Part shown: piece by piece, positions 26,908 to 36,289 of the stretch
Position numbering within the stretch: position 1 is the stretch's first letter
Layout: each line of letters opens with the position of its first letter
Source: a virus
Lineage: Duplodnaviria > Caudoviricetes
Virus record (IMG/VR): IMGVR_UViG_3300009031_000221
Location: 288,001 to 352,000 of that record
Length of the DNA: 64,000 bases
Reading direction: 5' to 3' (one strand)
Translations under genes and position numbers: made by a program
The notes under the pieces: generated by a model
The model's database searches: none
The model's input: the letters and a program-made list of their open reading frames with translations, nothing else
Told to the model about the DNA's origin: nothing

Positions 26908-27065
26908 TTTTCAGCCCCGGCGGAGGTCTCACGAAAGCTTATGATCGTTACGTCTACCCTGTAACCGTCAGGTGTGGAGTAGACGTAGGTAGGACAACCT
27001 CGGTTTGCCATGTCGGCACTATAGAATCCGTAGATCTTATTGCGTTTGCGGAATATGCGACACAT
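26859..27065 (-). CDS. Hypothetical protein
   Basis: Directly downstream of a promoter motif. Confidence 0.6.
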   Translation of the reverse strand: MCRIFRKRNKIYGFYSADMANRGCPTYVYSTPDGYRVDVTIISFRETSAGAEKWKDLQPMGELKEEIK

Positions 27066-27089
27066 GTACCATAAACCTCTTCAGATTGA

Positions 27090-27116
27090 TCTACGCATAC
27101 ACGGGTTGAAGTAAGC
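27090..27116 (-). promoter_or_regulatory. Bipartite promoter-like motif (GCTTACTT-N12-GCGTAGA)
   Basis: Plus strand TCTACGC-N12-AAGTAAGC. Confidence 0.75.
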
Positions 27117-27189
27117 CTATGCCCCTAGTTCGTTTATACACATTACCTCTGTAGAGACCCTCCTATATTGTAGGGCGCGGGAGGTTATT

Positions 27190-28068
27190 TTGGCTGGCGA
27201 AATCAAAGGAACCCAGATTAGCAATGAATCCATTGCTAAAACACACATGACTGTTGGGTTGCAGGGTGAACTTGATGCCAAGGCATTGGATTCGGCTGTC
27301 CTTAAGAAGGACGGATCCGTTGTTCTGACTGGGCCGTTGGCGGGAATCGCGGGTGTAGGGCCTACAGACCTCGTCACTAAATCCCAGTTGGATAGTGTTG
27401 CCGGCGGATCCCTAATCCGCAATCAAGTGCTAGATTCCCTGGCTGCTCAACCGGGACACGTTGAAGGCGCTCGATACCTTGCCACTGCTACAGCAGGCGA
27501 TTGGGTCATCAATCACCTCTATACGTCTCTTTTGGGCGTGTGGGTGGATGATGGCGCACCGGTTGTTGGTTGGCTGGTCTATGACATCGCGGCGGGGGAT
27601 TGGAAATATTTCGATGGTGTTAATTGGATACCGAATTTCCAAGGGTTTCAAGTAGTTCATGCAGGGAACGGTCTAACAGAAGACGGTGCCAAAAACTTCA
27701 ACGTGAATGTAGACGGCACTTCCATTCAGATCACCGGCGGCATCCTGGAAATTGTACCCAGTACCACAGCGCCCTTTGAGGCTATTATTGAATCCGTTCT
27801 AAGCCCTCACACGGCAATTGAATCTATGGTTCTTGTCAATCCTCCGGTTGCTATTGCTTTCACTGTCAACCTGCCGGCGGGGGCAACACATGCTACGAAG
27901 CGTGTAACCGTCAAAGATAAGAAAGGGATGTGCTCGGATATAACTACCCAAATCACCATCAATGCTTTTGCCGGGGAAACCATTGACGGGGATGCAAGCA
28001 TACAGATTGACAACAATAAAGCGGCTGTGTCGATGGTGTTTAGTGGCACCGAATGGAGTGTGATATGA
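27190..28068 (+). CDS. DUF2793-like tail-associated virion protein
   Basis: GARYL....G.W......GVW....P..GWLVY......YFDG.NW; GGAGG RBS with TTG start. Confidence 0.65.
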   Translation: MAGEIKGTQISNESIAKTHMTVGLQGELDAKALDSAVLKKDGSVVLTGPLAGIAGVGPTDLVTKSQLDSVAGGSLIRNQVLDSLAAQPGHVEGARYLATATAGDWVINHLYTSLLGVWVDDGAPVVGWLVYDIAAGDWKYFDGVNWIPNFQGFQVVHAGNGLTEDGAKNFNVNVDGTSIQITGGILEIVPSTTAPFEAIIESVLSPHTAIESMVLVNPPVAIAFTVNLPAGATHATKRVTVKDKKGMCSDITTQITINAFAGETIDGDASIQIDNNKAAVSMVFSGTEWSVI

Positions 28069-29255
28069 GTTACCCAGGTTCTAACGTTCGTGTGGCTCAA
28101 TATGATGGTTCGATGTTTGGGGGTACTCGTGCCCACCAAGATTTAGCTGTATTTGAACGATTGCATGACTATCCGGGCGTTGCAACTGCATATGACACGG
28201 AATCCTACGGATTTGATACGGGTGGTGTCGTGGGTACGGCAACACATGTACCTAACACAGGATCCATTCGTCTGGCTTTGTCTGATGCTACGGTATCTAA
28301 GAAAGCTCGTTTACGGTCACACGATATCATCCGGTATCAACCGGGATGCATGCCTATTGTTCAAATGACGGGGGTGTCATCATCCAATGCAGGCATGATT
28401 TTGAAGTGTATTCGTCGGACATCCACGTCGGGTGTTCCTGTGGATAACGTTGAAGCGACCATTGCAGGCATTGATGCTGCAACCGAGAATAGGTATGAAC
28501 TTCGGTATGCCTACCTTGGTGTTCAAGGTGTTCAGTATTACGTCAATGGAAATCTGGTCCAAAACTCCATTTTGGCGGGAACATTGACGGTTCCTTTCAT
28601 GAAGACCCCACATTTGCCCATATCAGTTGAGATCCAAACTTTGGTCGATGGTTCACAAGTAATTCGACTTGGGGTTTTCGATGACTCTGATGGGTTGTTC
28701 TTTGAATGGTCTCGTGCCGTTGGGTCTGCCGCTGCATTTTCCTATGACTACAAATGTTCGTCAGGTCGATTGATTGGGGGGTCGGTATATCCGTTCCATA
28801 CTTATGGGATGACCAGGGCTACAACAGGTACGGGGGCTGCAATGATCCCATTGTTCAGTATTCGCCCAAAGGCGACTTTGAACGGTATCCCCTCCCGTGT
28901 TCAAATATTCCCGACTCAGGTTTCTTTCTTTAGTGAGTCTCAACCCGGTGCTTTGGCAATCATTATGAACACAACCTTAACAGGGCCTACATGGGTATCC
29001 GCTTCCCCTAGCCCTGCCGTGGAAGTGGATGTTGCCGCTACTCTTGTGGCCGGGGGGACTACTTTGTGGCAAGTAGGGCAAGGTGCCAATCAACAATACA
29101 CCTATGATCTATCCAAGCTATTCACCTTGATTGGTATCAAACTTCGTCACCAAGCCTTCACGGGGACTGAGGATATCCTAACTTTCGCCGTTCAACGGGA
29201 AGGGGCTGTCAATTTTGATCCCCGTGTGACAGTAACCTGGGACGAATTGCGTTAG
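28065..29255 (+). CDS. Putative virion structural protein (beta-rich)
   Basis: RYQPG, LGVFDDSDGLFFE, PLFSIRPK; ATGA-coupled to the DUF2793-like gene. Confidence 0.6.
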   Translation: MSYPGSNVRVAQYDGSMFGGTRAHQDLAVFERLHDYPGVATAYDTESYGFDTGGVVGTATHVPNTGSIRLALSDATVSKKARLRSHDIIRYQPGCMPIVQMTGVSSSNAGMILKCIRRTSTSGVPVDNVEATIAGIDAATENRYELRYAYLGVQGVQYYVNGNLVQNSILAGTLTVPFMKTPHLPISVEIQTLVDGSQVIRLGVFDDSDGLFFEWSRAVGSAAAFSYDYKCSSGRLIGGSVYPFHTYGMTRATTGTGAAMIPLFSIRPKATLNGIPSRVQIFPTQVSFFSESQPGALAIIMNTTLTGPTWVSASPSPAVEVDVAATLVAGGTTLWQVGQGANQQYTYDLSKLFTLIGIKLRHQAFTGTEDILTFAVQREGAVNFDPRVTVTWDELR

Positions 29256-29264
29256 CGCCAATGT

Positions 29265-29528
29265 CTAGCGGGGAGCCGTAAGGGATAAATAGCACGCGGT
29301 AGCTCGTGTGGCGTACAAGGTTGCGTCTGGGACCAATCCTGTCGTTTCGGATTTTCGTAATAGCTGATCACAGGCCCAAACTGAGTATGGGGTTTGGGCA
29401 CGTATCGTTTGTGCCTGTATTCCATCCCATGATCCCCACATCAATAAGCACATCGTGGCTACGGAAGCCCCGACGATCCAGATCCCCATTTTGGTACTCA
29501 TTGTAACCCCTACGTGTGTGCAACCCAA
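29265..29528 (-). CDS. Small membrane or secreted protein
   Basis: N-terminal hydrophobic helix. Confidence 0.5.
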   Translation of the reverse strand: MGCTHVGVTMSTKMGIWIVGASVATMCLLMWGSWDGIQAQTIRAQTPYSVWACDQLLRKSETTGLVPDATLYATRATACYLSLTAPR

Positions 29529-29722
29529 TACCCGCCCGGGTGCTTGGTCAACAATACATACTCTGCGGTGGGGAGCTTGAACCGGACTCCCGTGGCACCC
29601 ACGGCGGTATCCGCATGTTTCATTGCATCCCGAAGGGTCGGATGGATAGTATATGTCGCGTCCACATAGTGAACCCAGGCCTCAAACTTGGCAGGGCCTA
29701 GATTGGGATCAAAACTTGACAT
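29510..29722 (-). CDS. Hypothetical protein
   Basis: Coupled. Confidence 0.55.
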   Translation of the reverse strand: MSSFDPNLGPAKFEAWVHYVDATYTIHPTLRDAMKHADTAVGATGVRFKLPTAEYVLLTKHPGGYWVAHT

Positions 29723-30063
29723 TATTTCTTCTCCTGTAGGATGTCTTGCAGGCCTTTGTAGGGGTCGGCGTGGGCTAGATCGCCTTGGGCAGAATCTGTC
29801 CGGTACTTCTTCGGCACGTCATCATAGGGAAGACGGAGATCAAGCTCCCGGTCAATCCATAGAAGGCCAGGATCTCCTAAGTGCGTGGTATAGATCAACT
29901 GTGCCTCTTCAAGGCTATTCGTTTCCCACTTCCCTTCTACGGGGACGAGAAATGGCCCAGAAAGGCTTGTCCATGTCAGAACGTATCGAGCGTGCGGGTT
30001 CGGCATTGGGCGTGTCATAGGGCTATTCCTCCACGGTAGACGCGAATCCCCACTCGAGGGCAA
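29722..30063 (-). CDS. Hypothetical protein
   Basis: Likely internal start MTRPM. Confidence 0.55.
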   Translation of the reverse strand: MPSSGDSRLPWRNSPMTRPMPNPHARYVLTWTSLSGPFLVPVEGKWETNSLEEAQLIYTTHLGDPGLLWIDRELDLRLPYDDVPKKYRTDSAQGDLAHADPYKGLQDILQEKK

Positions 30064-30307
30064 GGACTAGTTCAAGGGCAACCTTCTCTTTCGTCATGGG
30101 CTCTTCTTTGTAATCCTCAATGTACTTGTCAACCTCATTGCACAGGTCATCGAAGGACAAGGACTTTGTGGAATCGAGCATGTGGACGATGAATCCGCAC
30201 TTGTCCCACGCATCGGATACCGCATAGTTTATGCCAGTCCCGTAGATTCTAAAATGCGGTTTCAAATCGCCACTGATATCATGTGTGGAACGGATGAACT
30301 TCGCCAT
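30023..30307 (-). CDS. Hypothetical protein
   Basis: Coupled. Confidence 0.6.
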   Translation of the reverse strand: MAKFIRSTHDISGDLKPHFRIYGTGINYAVSDAWDKCGFIVHMLDSTKSLSFDDLCNEVDKYIEDYKEEPMTKEKVALELVLALEWGFASTVEE

Positions 30308-30519
30308 TAGTCTAACTCGCTATGGGGGATGAGTTTAGGTATCACTTGCTGTGCCATGAATATCCAAAGACCTTCAGGCCAGCAATCTAAATCCCCATCT
30401 GGGAGGTCTGAATTAACTGGGCATGGCCAGTACTTCGTTTTGACCCTTTGATCGATGGTGTCCGTATCCAGCATCTCTATTGTGCGTGTACTGGATGATT
30501 GATAGATTACAAGGAACAT
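30307..30519 (-). CDS. Hypothetical protein, paralog of 30519
   Basis: LP.GD...WP.G.WI shared. Confidence 0.65.
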   Translation of the reverse strand: MFLVIYQSSSTRTIEMLDTDTIDQRVKTKYWPCPVNSDLPDGDLDCWPEGLWIFMAQQVIPKLIPHSELD

Positions 30520-30758
30520 CAGGGTACCTTCCAGGTCGTGATCATCTGCACCGGACGGGGGAGTACCAAGTCACCCTTGATGATCCATACGCCCAAAGGC
30601 CAGGATTCAATGTCACCGTGAGGTAGGGTGTCACTGCAGAACTTCTGTTCCCCATCCATACCCCACTCATTGAGCAAGGATTCAAGCTTGGTTTGATCCA
30701 TATGCTTGATGGTGAGTTCGTCGGGAGTCCGTTCGATGACAACATAATTTAGCCGCAT
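30519..30758 (-). CDS. Hypothetical protein, paralog of 30307
   Basis: LP.GD...WP.G.WI shared. Confidence 0.65.
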   Translation of the reverse strand: MRLNYVVIERTPDELTIKHMDQTKLESLLNEWGMDGEQKFCSDTLPHGDIESWPLGVWIIKGDLVLPRPVQMITTWKVP

Positions 30759-30782
30759 GACGCTTGTTCCTTTTTAGCGGGT

Positions 30783-31814
30783 ATGGTTCTAGGCATGGAG
30801 GTGCCTATGTCTGATCTACCCAATATCATCGAATTCGCAGCTAGCGTTCTCGATATTCATCTAACACCCGTTCAATGTGTCATATTGAAAGCACATTACG
30901 GTATCCCGTTGGATACAGAGACCCTGTTTGAGATATGTACGCCCCAACTGGCGACGGGGCAATTTATCGTAAACACCTGGACGGAAGCAAAGTACTTGGA
31001 ATACTTGTACTATGAAGGCAGGTCGAATATCCGAGAGGTAGACCACGAACGGCGGGAACTCGTCTTGGCGAGCGGCAGACGGAGTGGCAAGGGGATGCTT
31101 GGGTGCATCATTGCTGCCTATGAGGCATACAAGTTGGCATGGAAGGGCGATCCGCAGGCCTACTACGGTTTGCCCCCAAGCACCGTCCTACAGATTCTGT
31201 TGGTGGGTACCGACAAGGATCAGGCGGGGCTCATTCTTCATGAGGTCAATGGATTCCTCCGTAGCACTCCCCTGAATGACCATCGTGCGAACAATACGCA
31301 GACCTACATGCGATTCCAGACACGGAAGGACATTGATACCTACGGGTCATGGGTGGATGACTTGACGGCAAAGGCCTCTATCAAGGTGACTGCAACGTCT
31401 AGCAATCACCAAGGGCTTCGTGGAGCCGGCAATATTTGTGTCATTTTAGATGAGTTGGCACATTACAAGGAAGCCGAGAACGTCTACCATGCCATCATGC
31501 CTTCGATCATGCTCTTCTCCAAGAAGGCGGAGGACAAGCGCACACCCGTTGGCTCATGTGAAGGGCGTTTGGTAAGCCTGTCAACCCCGAATGGGAAGCG
31601 TGGCATGTTCCACAAGTTGTTCATGGCGGGATTCAATGAAAAGCGTAGCGACAACATGCTGTGCTTGCAAATCCCGACTTGGGAAGCGAATCCGTCTATT
31701 CCGATGGAATTCTACACGGAAATGTACGAACGTCAGCCCAAGTACTTTGGCGTGGAATACGGGGCACACTTCGTAGACCTGTGTTGCCCTCAGTGCGGGT
31801 GCGAATTGGCCTAG
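30783..31814 (+). CDS. Terminase large subunit ATPase-domain-only paralog (no nuclease domain)
   Basis: LTPVQ..ILK, GRRSGK, DKDQA, GLRG.....ILDELAH, LSTPNGKRG.F, PTWE.NP, EYGA.F.D, then stop; likely start ATG 30807. Confidence 0.8.
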   Translation: MVLGMEVPMSDLPNIIEFAASVLDIHLTPVQCVILKAHYGIPLDTETLFEICTPQLATGQFIVNTWTEAKYLEYLYYEGRSNIREVDHERRELVLASGRRSGKGMLGCIIAAYEAYKLAWKGDPQAYYGLPPSTVLQILLVGTDKDQAGLILHEVNGFLRSTPLNDHRANNTQTYMRFQTRKDIDTYGSWVDDLTAKASIKVTATSSNHQGLRGAGNICVILDELAHYKEAENVYHAIMPSIMLFSKKAEDKRTPVGSCEGRLVSLSTPNGKRGMFHKLFMAGFNEKRSDNMLCLQIPTWEANPSIPMEFYTEMYERQPKYFGVEYGAHFVDLCCPQCGCELA

Positions 31815-32230
31815 GCCTTATTCGGATTATTCCGAGTGCACCATGCCAGGTATTCATCAAAATTGATTCCCGTAATTTGTTGGATAAGCACGCTAACGTC
31901 TCCCAGATGAGCGTCACCAAGAATCATCATGATCTTGTAGATTTGATCCTTGGTTTCTAGCTGCGGTTGGATTGCGGCGCACCATGCTTTCTTGATCGTA
32001 TCCGGCAAGTCATCGAACTCGGGCATGGGCAAACCCTGATAGTTCTTGTTGTCCGTTACTGCCGCATAACGTGCGTATGCCTCCCGTGCGAGTTTCAATT
32101 CCAACTCCGCATGCAGGCAATCCTTCAATGAAGGGAATGGGAAAGGCCTATCCGATTGGGCATGCTCGTCTCGTTCTATGATTTCTTTGAGAGTCTCAAA
32201 GAAACCTTTATCGATGTCTTTCTGTGTCAT
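31811..32230 (-). CDS. Hypothetical protein
   Basis: Coupled run. Confidence 0.6.
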   Translation of the reverse strand: MTQKDIDKGFFETLKEIIERDEHAQSDRPFPFPSLKDCLHAELELKLAREAYARYAAVTDNKNYQGLPMPEFDDLPDTIKKAWCAAIQPQLETKDQIYKIMMILGDAHLGDVSVLIQQITGINFDEYLAWCTRNNPNKA

Positions 32231-32565
32231 TGTGGAGTCCTTTCAGGGCTATTGGGGAGCCATCCCGTGTAATCGCATCCATGAGGGCATGGCTCAGGGT
32301 AAATGCCTGCCCAGTGTCCCTCGTGAATGGGGCATTTCTCAGTTCTAGGTTCCTCGTTGGCATAGATCAATCGTGCCAATAGGTTGGATTTGCTGATCAT
32401 GTTGCGGAACACCCGCAATTGGCGTTGTCTATCATCCCCTAGATAGTTCCCCACCAAGTTAGCCCATTGTTCCAATTTGCGGCAATAGCGAGATACCGGC
32501 ATGACCGGTTCTCCGTAGTGCTTCGCTAGTTGCTTCAGCATGTCCTCGGCTTCAGGGGTCGTCAT
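32227..32565 (-). CDS. Hypothetical protein with C-terminal Cys/His cluster
   Basis: CP.H.GHW...PCP.GC...GW. Confidence 0.6.
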   Translation of the reverse strand: MTTPEAEDMLKQLAKHYGEPVMPVSRYCRKLEQWANLVGNYLGDDRQRQLRVFRNMISKSNLLARLIYANEEPRTEKCPIHEGHWAGIYPEPCPHGCDYTGWLPNSPERTPQ

Positions 32566-32756
32566 TGCGGTGTCCTTATAGTGGGATCCTTGATGTTGTG
32601 ACGTGCTGCGAATTCCTTTACGTCAGCTTCCAGCTCTGCCATGGCTTGGGCTTCTGAATATCCTTCTTCCCACCCGCTTTCGCATTCCGTATAGATGATG
32701 CCATTACGTTCGGATTCATAGTAGAATTTGAGCAATTCTTCGGTATCCTTGATCAT
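32562..32756 (-). CDS. Hypothetical protein
   Basis: ATGA coupling. Confidence 0.55.
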   Translation of the reverse strand: MIKDTEELLKFYYESERNGIIYTECESGWEEGYSEAQAMAELEADVKEFAARHNIKDPTIRTPQ

Positions 32757-33052
32757 TTGTGTACCCCATAGTGCTTGGGCTTCTCGACTCCGCTTTCCTT
32801 GGCGTACTCCCCGCGTTGTGCAAATACGTTAGCATTCCAACGTCCGCCATAGGGCTTGTATGTTTCCATATTGTTCATCCACTTTACTGCGACCTCGTAT
32901 CGTTCCTTCCAGGTAAACGGCATGGGTTCGTGGTACAAGTCCCATCGGACTTTACGCCACATGCCAAAGAACACGTAGTAGGGGACGGCACGCTCCACGA
33001 TAATGGTTTCGCCGATGATCCTTGTGCGATAGGCTTGTTCGATTAGTGTCAT
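32753..33052 (-). CDS. Hypothetical protein
   Basis: ATGA coupling. Confidence 0.6.
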   Translation of the reverse strand: MTLIEQAYRTRIIGETIIVERAVPYYVFFGMWRKVRWDLYHEPMPFTWKERYEVAVKWMNNMETYKPYGGRWNANVFAQRGEYAKESGVEKPKHYGVHK

Positions 33053-33657
33053 GCGACTCCTTTATCCCACCAGTCATCATACTTGTAACCGGGCGTGTTC
33101 TTGACGACTTCATCCATACCCCTGGTCTTGAAGATGCCGTCTCGGTCTTTGAGGGTCACCCAACCTTGAGCACAATCGACTTCAGGATGCAATGCGGAGA
33201 GGGCGATGACATTGTCTGCGGTTCGCATCCATTTATCCGGGATGGATTCTCCATAGTACATGACAACATAACGATGTCCTGACTGAAGGCAAACCCACTT
33301 CAACAAGTCTGGATCGAGGCAGCAATCCCGAGAACTCCTCGTGTATTCAACTGCCTGATCCCCATGTTGATTGGTTTCGGAAAGCCCAAAGCTAGCCCGA
33401 TAGCGCTTGAATGCCGAAACTGCTAAGTCATGCCATTTCGATCCTATGCAAGGGGCATTGGATACGTGAACAAGCGTCATCGTGCCCAAGGGCTCAATAG
33501 GCACTAGGCGACTCACAATGACCTCAGGGTGCCAGTAATGCCCCATCTGCATATTGGACACGGGCACATGGGCATCCGCCGCCTTGGCTACCCTGGCGCC
33601 AACGAACAACCCACCGAGGGCGAGGAATGACTTGGACAGGAAGTTGCGACGGTTCAT
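33049..33657 (-). CDS. Tat-signal-containing hypothetical protein
   Basis: MNRRNFL, hydrophobic core, AKA-A cleavage-like site. Confidence 0.65.
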   Translation of the reverse strand: MNRRNFLSKSFLALGGLFVGARVAKAADAHVPVSNMQMGHYWHPEVIVSRLVPIEPLGTMTLVHVSNAPCIGSKWHDLAVSAFKRYRASFGLSETNQHGDQAVEYTRSSRDCCLDPDLLKWVCLQSGHRYVVMYYGESIPDKWMRTADNVIALSALHPEVDCAQGWVTLKDRDGIFKTRGMDEVVKNTPGYKYDDWWDKGVA

Positions 33658-34385
33658 GATGAGGCTCCTGGCATGTATTGTGCGATCTTCTTCTCAAGGG
33701 TCGGGTGTATGGGCCACTTTGGGTCTCTCAGGACGTATGCCATGAACCCCTCCGCGAAGACCTCCCATGCCATAGGATACCCAATTTCATAGTAAGGCAA
33801 ATTGTGGTGCGATACCGGATGCCGGAATGTCCGAATATCAGGCTTGAATGCCGCTTCCAGGAAGTCATTTAGTGGAATATCCTTAGGGATATGTTTCTTG
33901 ATGCTGTCTAATGGGGGTGTATTCATGTGCTTGTGTGCCATATAGCGGCAACGATACCATAGAGTTGGGTAATGCTTGAGGAGTGCCCTTTGCAAGTCAT
34001 CCCAGGTACGGGCATTGTACTTCTCAACGGCATGCAGAATCTCCTTGCGAGGAGTCAGTGCCGTGTGTTGATTGACCCATGCAGTGAACTCAACCGATTG
34101 TGCGTCAGTCAGGCAATTGAAGAAGTAGGCATGCCCGAGTTCATGAATAACAACATGAACCAATTCATCCGTTTTACATGCGACCTGGACGAAACCCCGA
34201 TATCGGTAAATGCCCTGCAACTTAAGACCCGCGCATGTGATTTTGTAGGAGTTGTAGAGCTTTATCGGGATGGGGCTTAGGTCTTTGATACCTAGGGCCT
34301 CCATCTTGGATATGCCTTCATTGATGGCCAATTCGGCTTTCGCCTTCTCGTCCTCAGGCCATTTGCCTTTCCATATGAGGCTCAT
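33654..34385 (-). CDS. Zincin-like metallopeptidase
   Basis: VIHELGH (HExxH) and downstream EVFAE third-ligand motif. Confidence 0.7.
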   Translation of the reverse strand: MSLIWKGKWPEDEKAKAELAINEGISKMEALGIKDLSPIPIKLYNSYKITCAGLKLQGIYRYRGFVQVACKTDELVHVVIHELGHAYFFNCLTDAQSVEFTAWVNQHTALTPRKEILHAVEKYNARTWDDLQRALLKHYPTLWYRCRYMAHKHMNTPPLDSIKKHIPKDIPLNDFLEAAFKPDIRTFRHPVSHHNLPYYEIGYPMAWEVFAEGFMAYVLRDPKWPIHPTLEKKIAQYMPGASS

Positions 34386-34664
34386 TCAGTACTCCAACTC
34401 ATATCGGGAATGCCCTGGTTTGGGATACATAACTTCGATGAGCGTGCAATGATTGCCGTCTGCATCTATGCCACAGCCCTTGCCGTCCGAATTCACCAAG
34501 TCAAATGGGAGGATGTATTCGCATGGGAATTGATGAGATGATTTGCCCCATTCCTTCCAAAGGGCTCCTGCACGCTTGTTGTCCCACTTGTATGCCCCAA
34601 AGCGAGGCAACATGTAGGCCACATGCCGTTGAAAGTCTGCCGCTGCCGGGGATACGTAGATCAT
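34386..34664 (-). CDS. Hypothetical protein
   Basis: Coupled run. Confidence 0.55.
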   Translation of the reverse strand: MIYVSPAAADFQRHVAYMLPRFGAYKWDNKRAGALWKEWGKSSHQFPCEYILPFDLVNSDGKGCGIDADGNHCTLIEVMYPKPGHSRYELEY

Positions 34665-34993
34665 GACCTTCTCTTTAGGGATTCAAACGCCGAGTTGAAG
34701 GCTTCTTCGATAGCTGCAGGCAATTCCTTGATGGAGATACCCGTATGATCGGATACTTCTACCGTGATGGGGAACATGAGATCCCCCCAGGACTTATTCA
34801 TTATAACGGGTTGAACGGTGAATAGGCATCCAGGGAATTGCTTCGCCGCTTCCATCAATTGTGCTGCCCCAAGGGTGGTCACTCGAGGAAGAAGATCAAG
34901 CCTATTAGGAGGGATGCAAGGCTCTGCCGCAAGGTATACCTTGTCATCCTTCATGAATGCGCTGTAGGGAAGGTCACCCATGGCTATTACCAA
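34661..34993 (-). CDS. Hypothetical protein
   Basis: Coupled run. Confidence 0.55.
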   Translation of the reverse strand: MVIAMGDLPYSAFMKDDKVYLAAEPCIPPNRLDLLPRVTTLGAAQLMEAAKQFPGCLFTVQPVIMNKSWGDLMFPITVEVSDHTGISIKELPAAIEEAFNSAFESLKRRS

Positions 34994-35631
34994 TCACTGC
35001 TATCGGTTGCGTTCAATACTTCCTTGGTTACCAAGTCCGTCACGTATACGGCGGTTCCTACACGGCAATCCAAGAACTTGAATTTGAACCGGGAACCTGA
35101 CATGGGCGGGGAAGGATGTGCCGCCAAGGCCTTGGTTGTCCATTCAATGATCCGTTGCATCTCCACACCGCCGACGTGGCAAATGTCAGGGTGACAATCG
35201 GGCAGAGTGCCATAACGATCACGATCAGGTGCCTCAAGGGGTTCCAAACATTCCTCGAGCTTGACTGATAGCTCAATCCCGAACTCTATGTCGGACATGA
35301 GAACCCATACATCCTGTGGCATGTCATGATCCGTTACGATCATTGCCCCGTGCATATAAGCCCTGATGCCTTGATCTATCAGCACCTTTTGGTTTTCAGG
35401 GTCAAAATTATCACGCCAGAACTTCCGCACTTCCGGATAGTTGAACGGGTGCATGACGATATATGCAACTTTGCCATCGCGTCTTTCAATCTCATCCCAT
35501 GCAGGATGAATCTTTTCAGGCCCTAGATGGCGTGAGTCGGCTTTGAAGTCCGGTGCCTGAAGGGCCTTCGCTCGAGCCTTGGTTTTCACAGTATCCATGA
35601 AACTAGAAAATGTGACAGGTTCCGTTACCAT
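34987..35631 (-). CDS. Hypothetical protein
   Basis: 214-aa ORF in coupled run. Confidence 0.65.
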   Translation of the reverse strand: MVTEPVTFSSFMDTVKTKARAKALQAPDFKADSRHLGPEKIHPAWDEIERRDGKVAYIVMHPFNYPEVRKFWRDNFDPENQKVLIDQGIRAYMHGAMIVTDHDMPQDVWVLMSDIEFGIELSVKLEECLEPLEAPDRDRYGTLPDCHPDICHVGGVEMQRIIEWTTKALAAHPSPPMSGSRFKFKFLDCRVGTAVYVTDLVTKEVLNATDSSDW

Positions 35632-35840
35632 TCGTCCTCCTCGTCATCCTCTAGCAGGTCTATTTCACCGGTTCTCAGGTCTATGTACCCTAAATAGGCG
35701 TGTGTTGTAGGGTCTACAAGCATGATGTTGCCGACAGCATTGCGTTCAAGGCCTATGACCGGGGACAATTGCTTCAGGGTGCTACTGAGTTGCTCAACAG
35801 TTATCATACCTTCTTCCTTGCCAAGGGGTGCGGATGGCAA
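35625..35840 (-). CDS. Hypothetical protein with acidic tail
   Basis: Likely start MITVE. Confidence 0.55.
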   Translation of the reverse strand: MPSAPLGKEEGMITVEQLSSTLKQLSPVIGLERNAVGNIMLVDPTTHAYLGYIDLRTGEIDLLEDDEEDEW

Positions 35841-36289
35841 CCAACGTGGCTTACGCAGTTCTCGATGTTCATCAGGAAGTCAAGGGCCTCGGCCTGACCG
35901 ATACCCTTTTCTTCGGCAGTCTTTGCGACCATTTCCCACATTTCCGCTTCGGGAATCATCTCGTATTCGGATGGTTCGAATGCCTTGAACATCAACCCTG
36001 CATTCGCAGCGTCTTCACATGTTGGATTCCCTGACCCAAGGATATGCCTTGGTAAAGGGTTATCCTTCTGCCATTGTCGGTTGAATTTCAAGATCTCAGC
36101 CTTGTCAACAAGGTATCCGTAGGTTTTCCACTGCAACCGCTCTTCCCGGGCACGACGGACACCATTGTAGAGCTGGGTTCTTCCTTCAGGTGTCTTGAGG
36201 GCATCCCGAATCATCTTCATGCGGACTTCCGCATTGATTGTATTTGTCATACGGTAGCCTTCTTCCTTACTAGCGGGTGTGGGTGGCAC
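35804..36289 (-). CDS. Hypothetical protein with capsid-N-helix-like start, paralog of 36247
   Basis: MIRDALKTPEGR.QL; shared C-terminus EP..YE..PE.E.WE.VA...GCHPHPL.RKK. Confidence 0.65.
   Translation of the reverse strand: MPPTPASKEEGYRMTNTINAEVRMKMIRDALKTPEGRTQLYNGVRRAREERLQWKTYGYLVDKAEILKFNRQWQKDNPLPRHILGSGNPTCEDAANAGLMFKAFEPSEYEMIPEAEMWEMVAKTAEEKGIGQAEALDFLMNIENCVSHVGCHPHPLARKKV

Noticed and set aside
30783-31814. The functional packaging terminase of the phage
   Set aside because: No RNase H-like nuclease domain, GKG Walker A, and no packaging-module context
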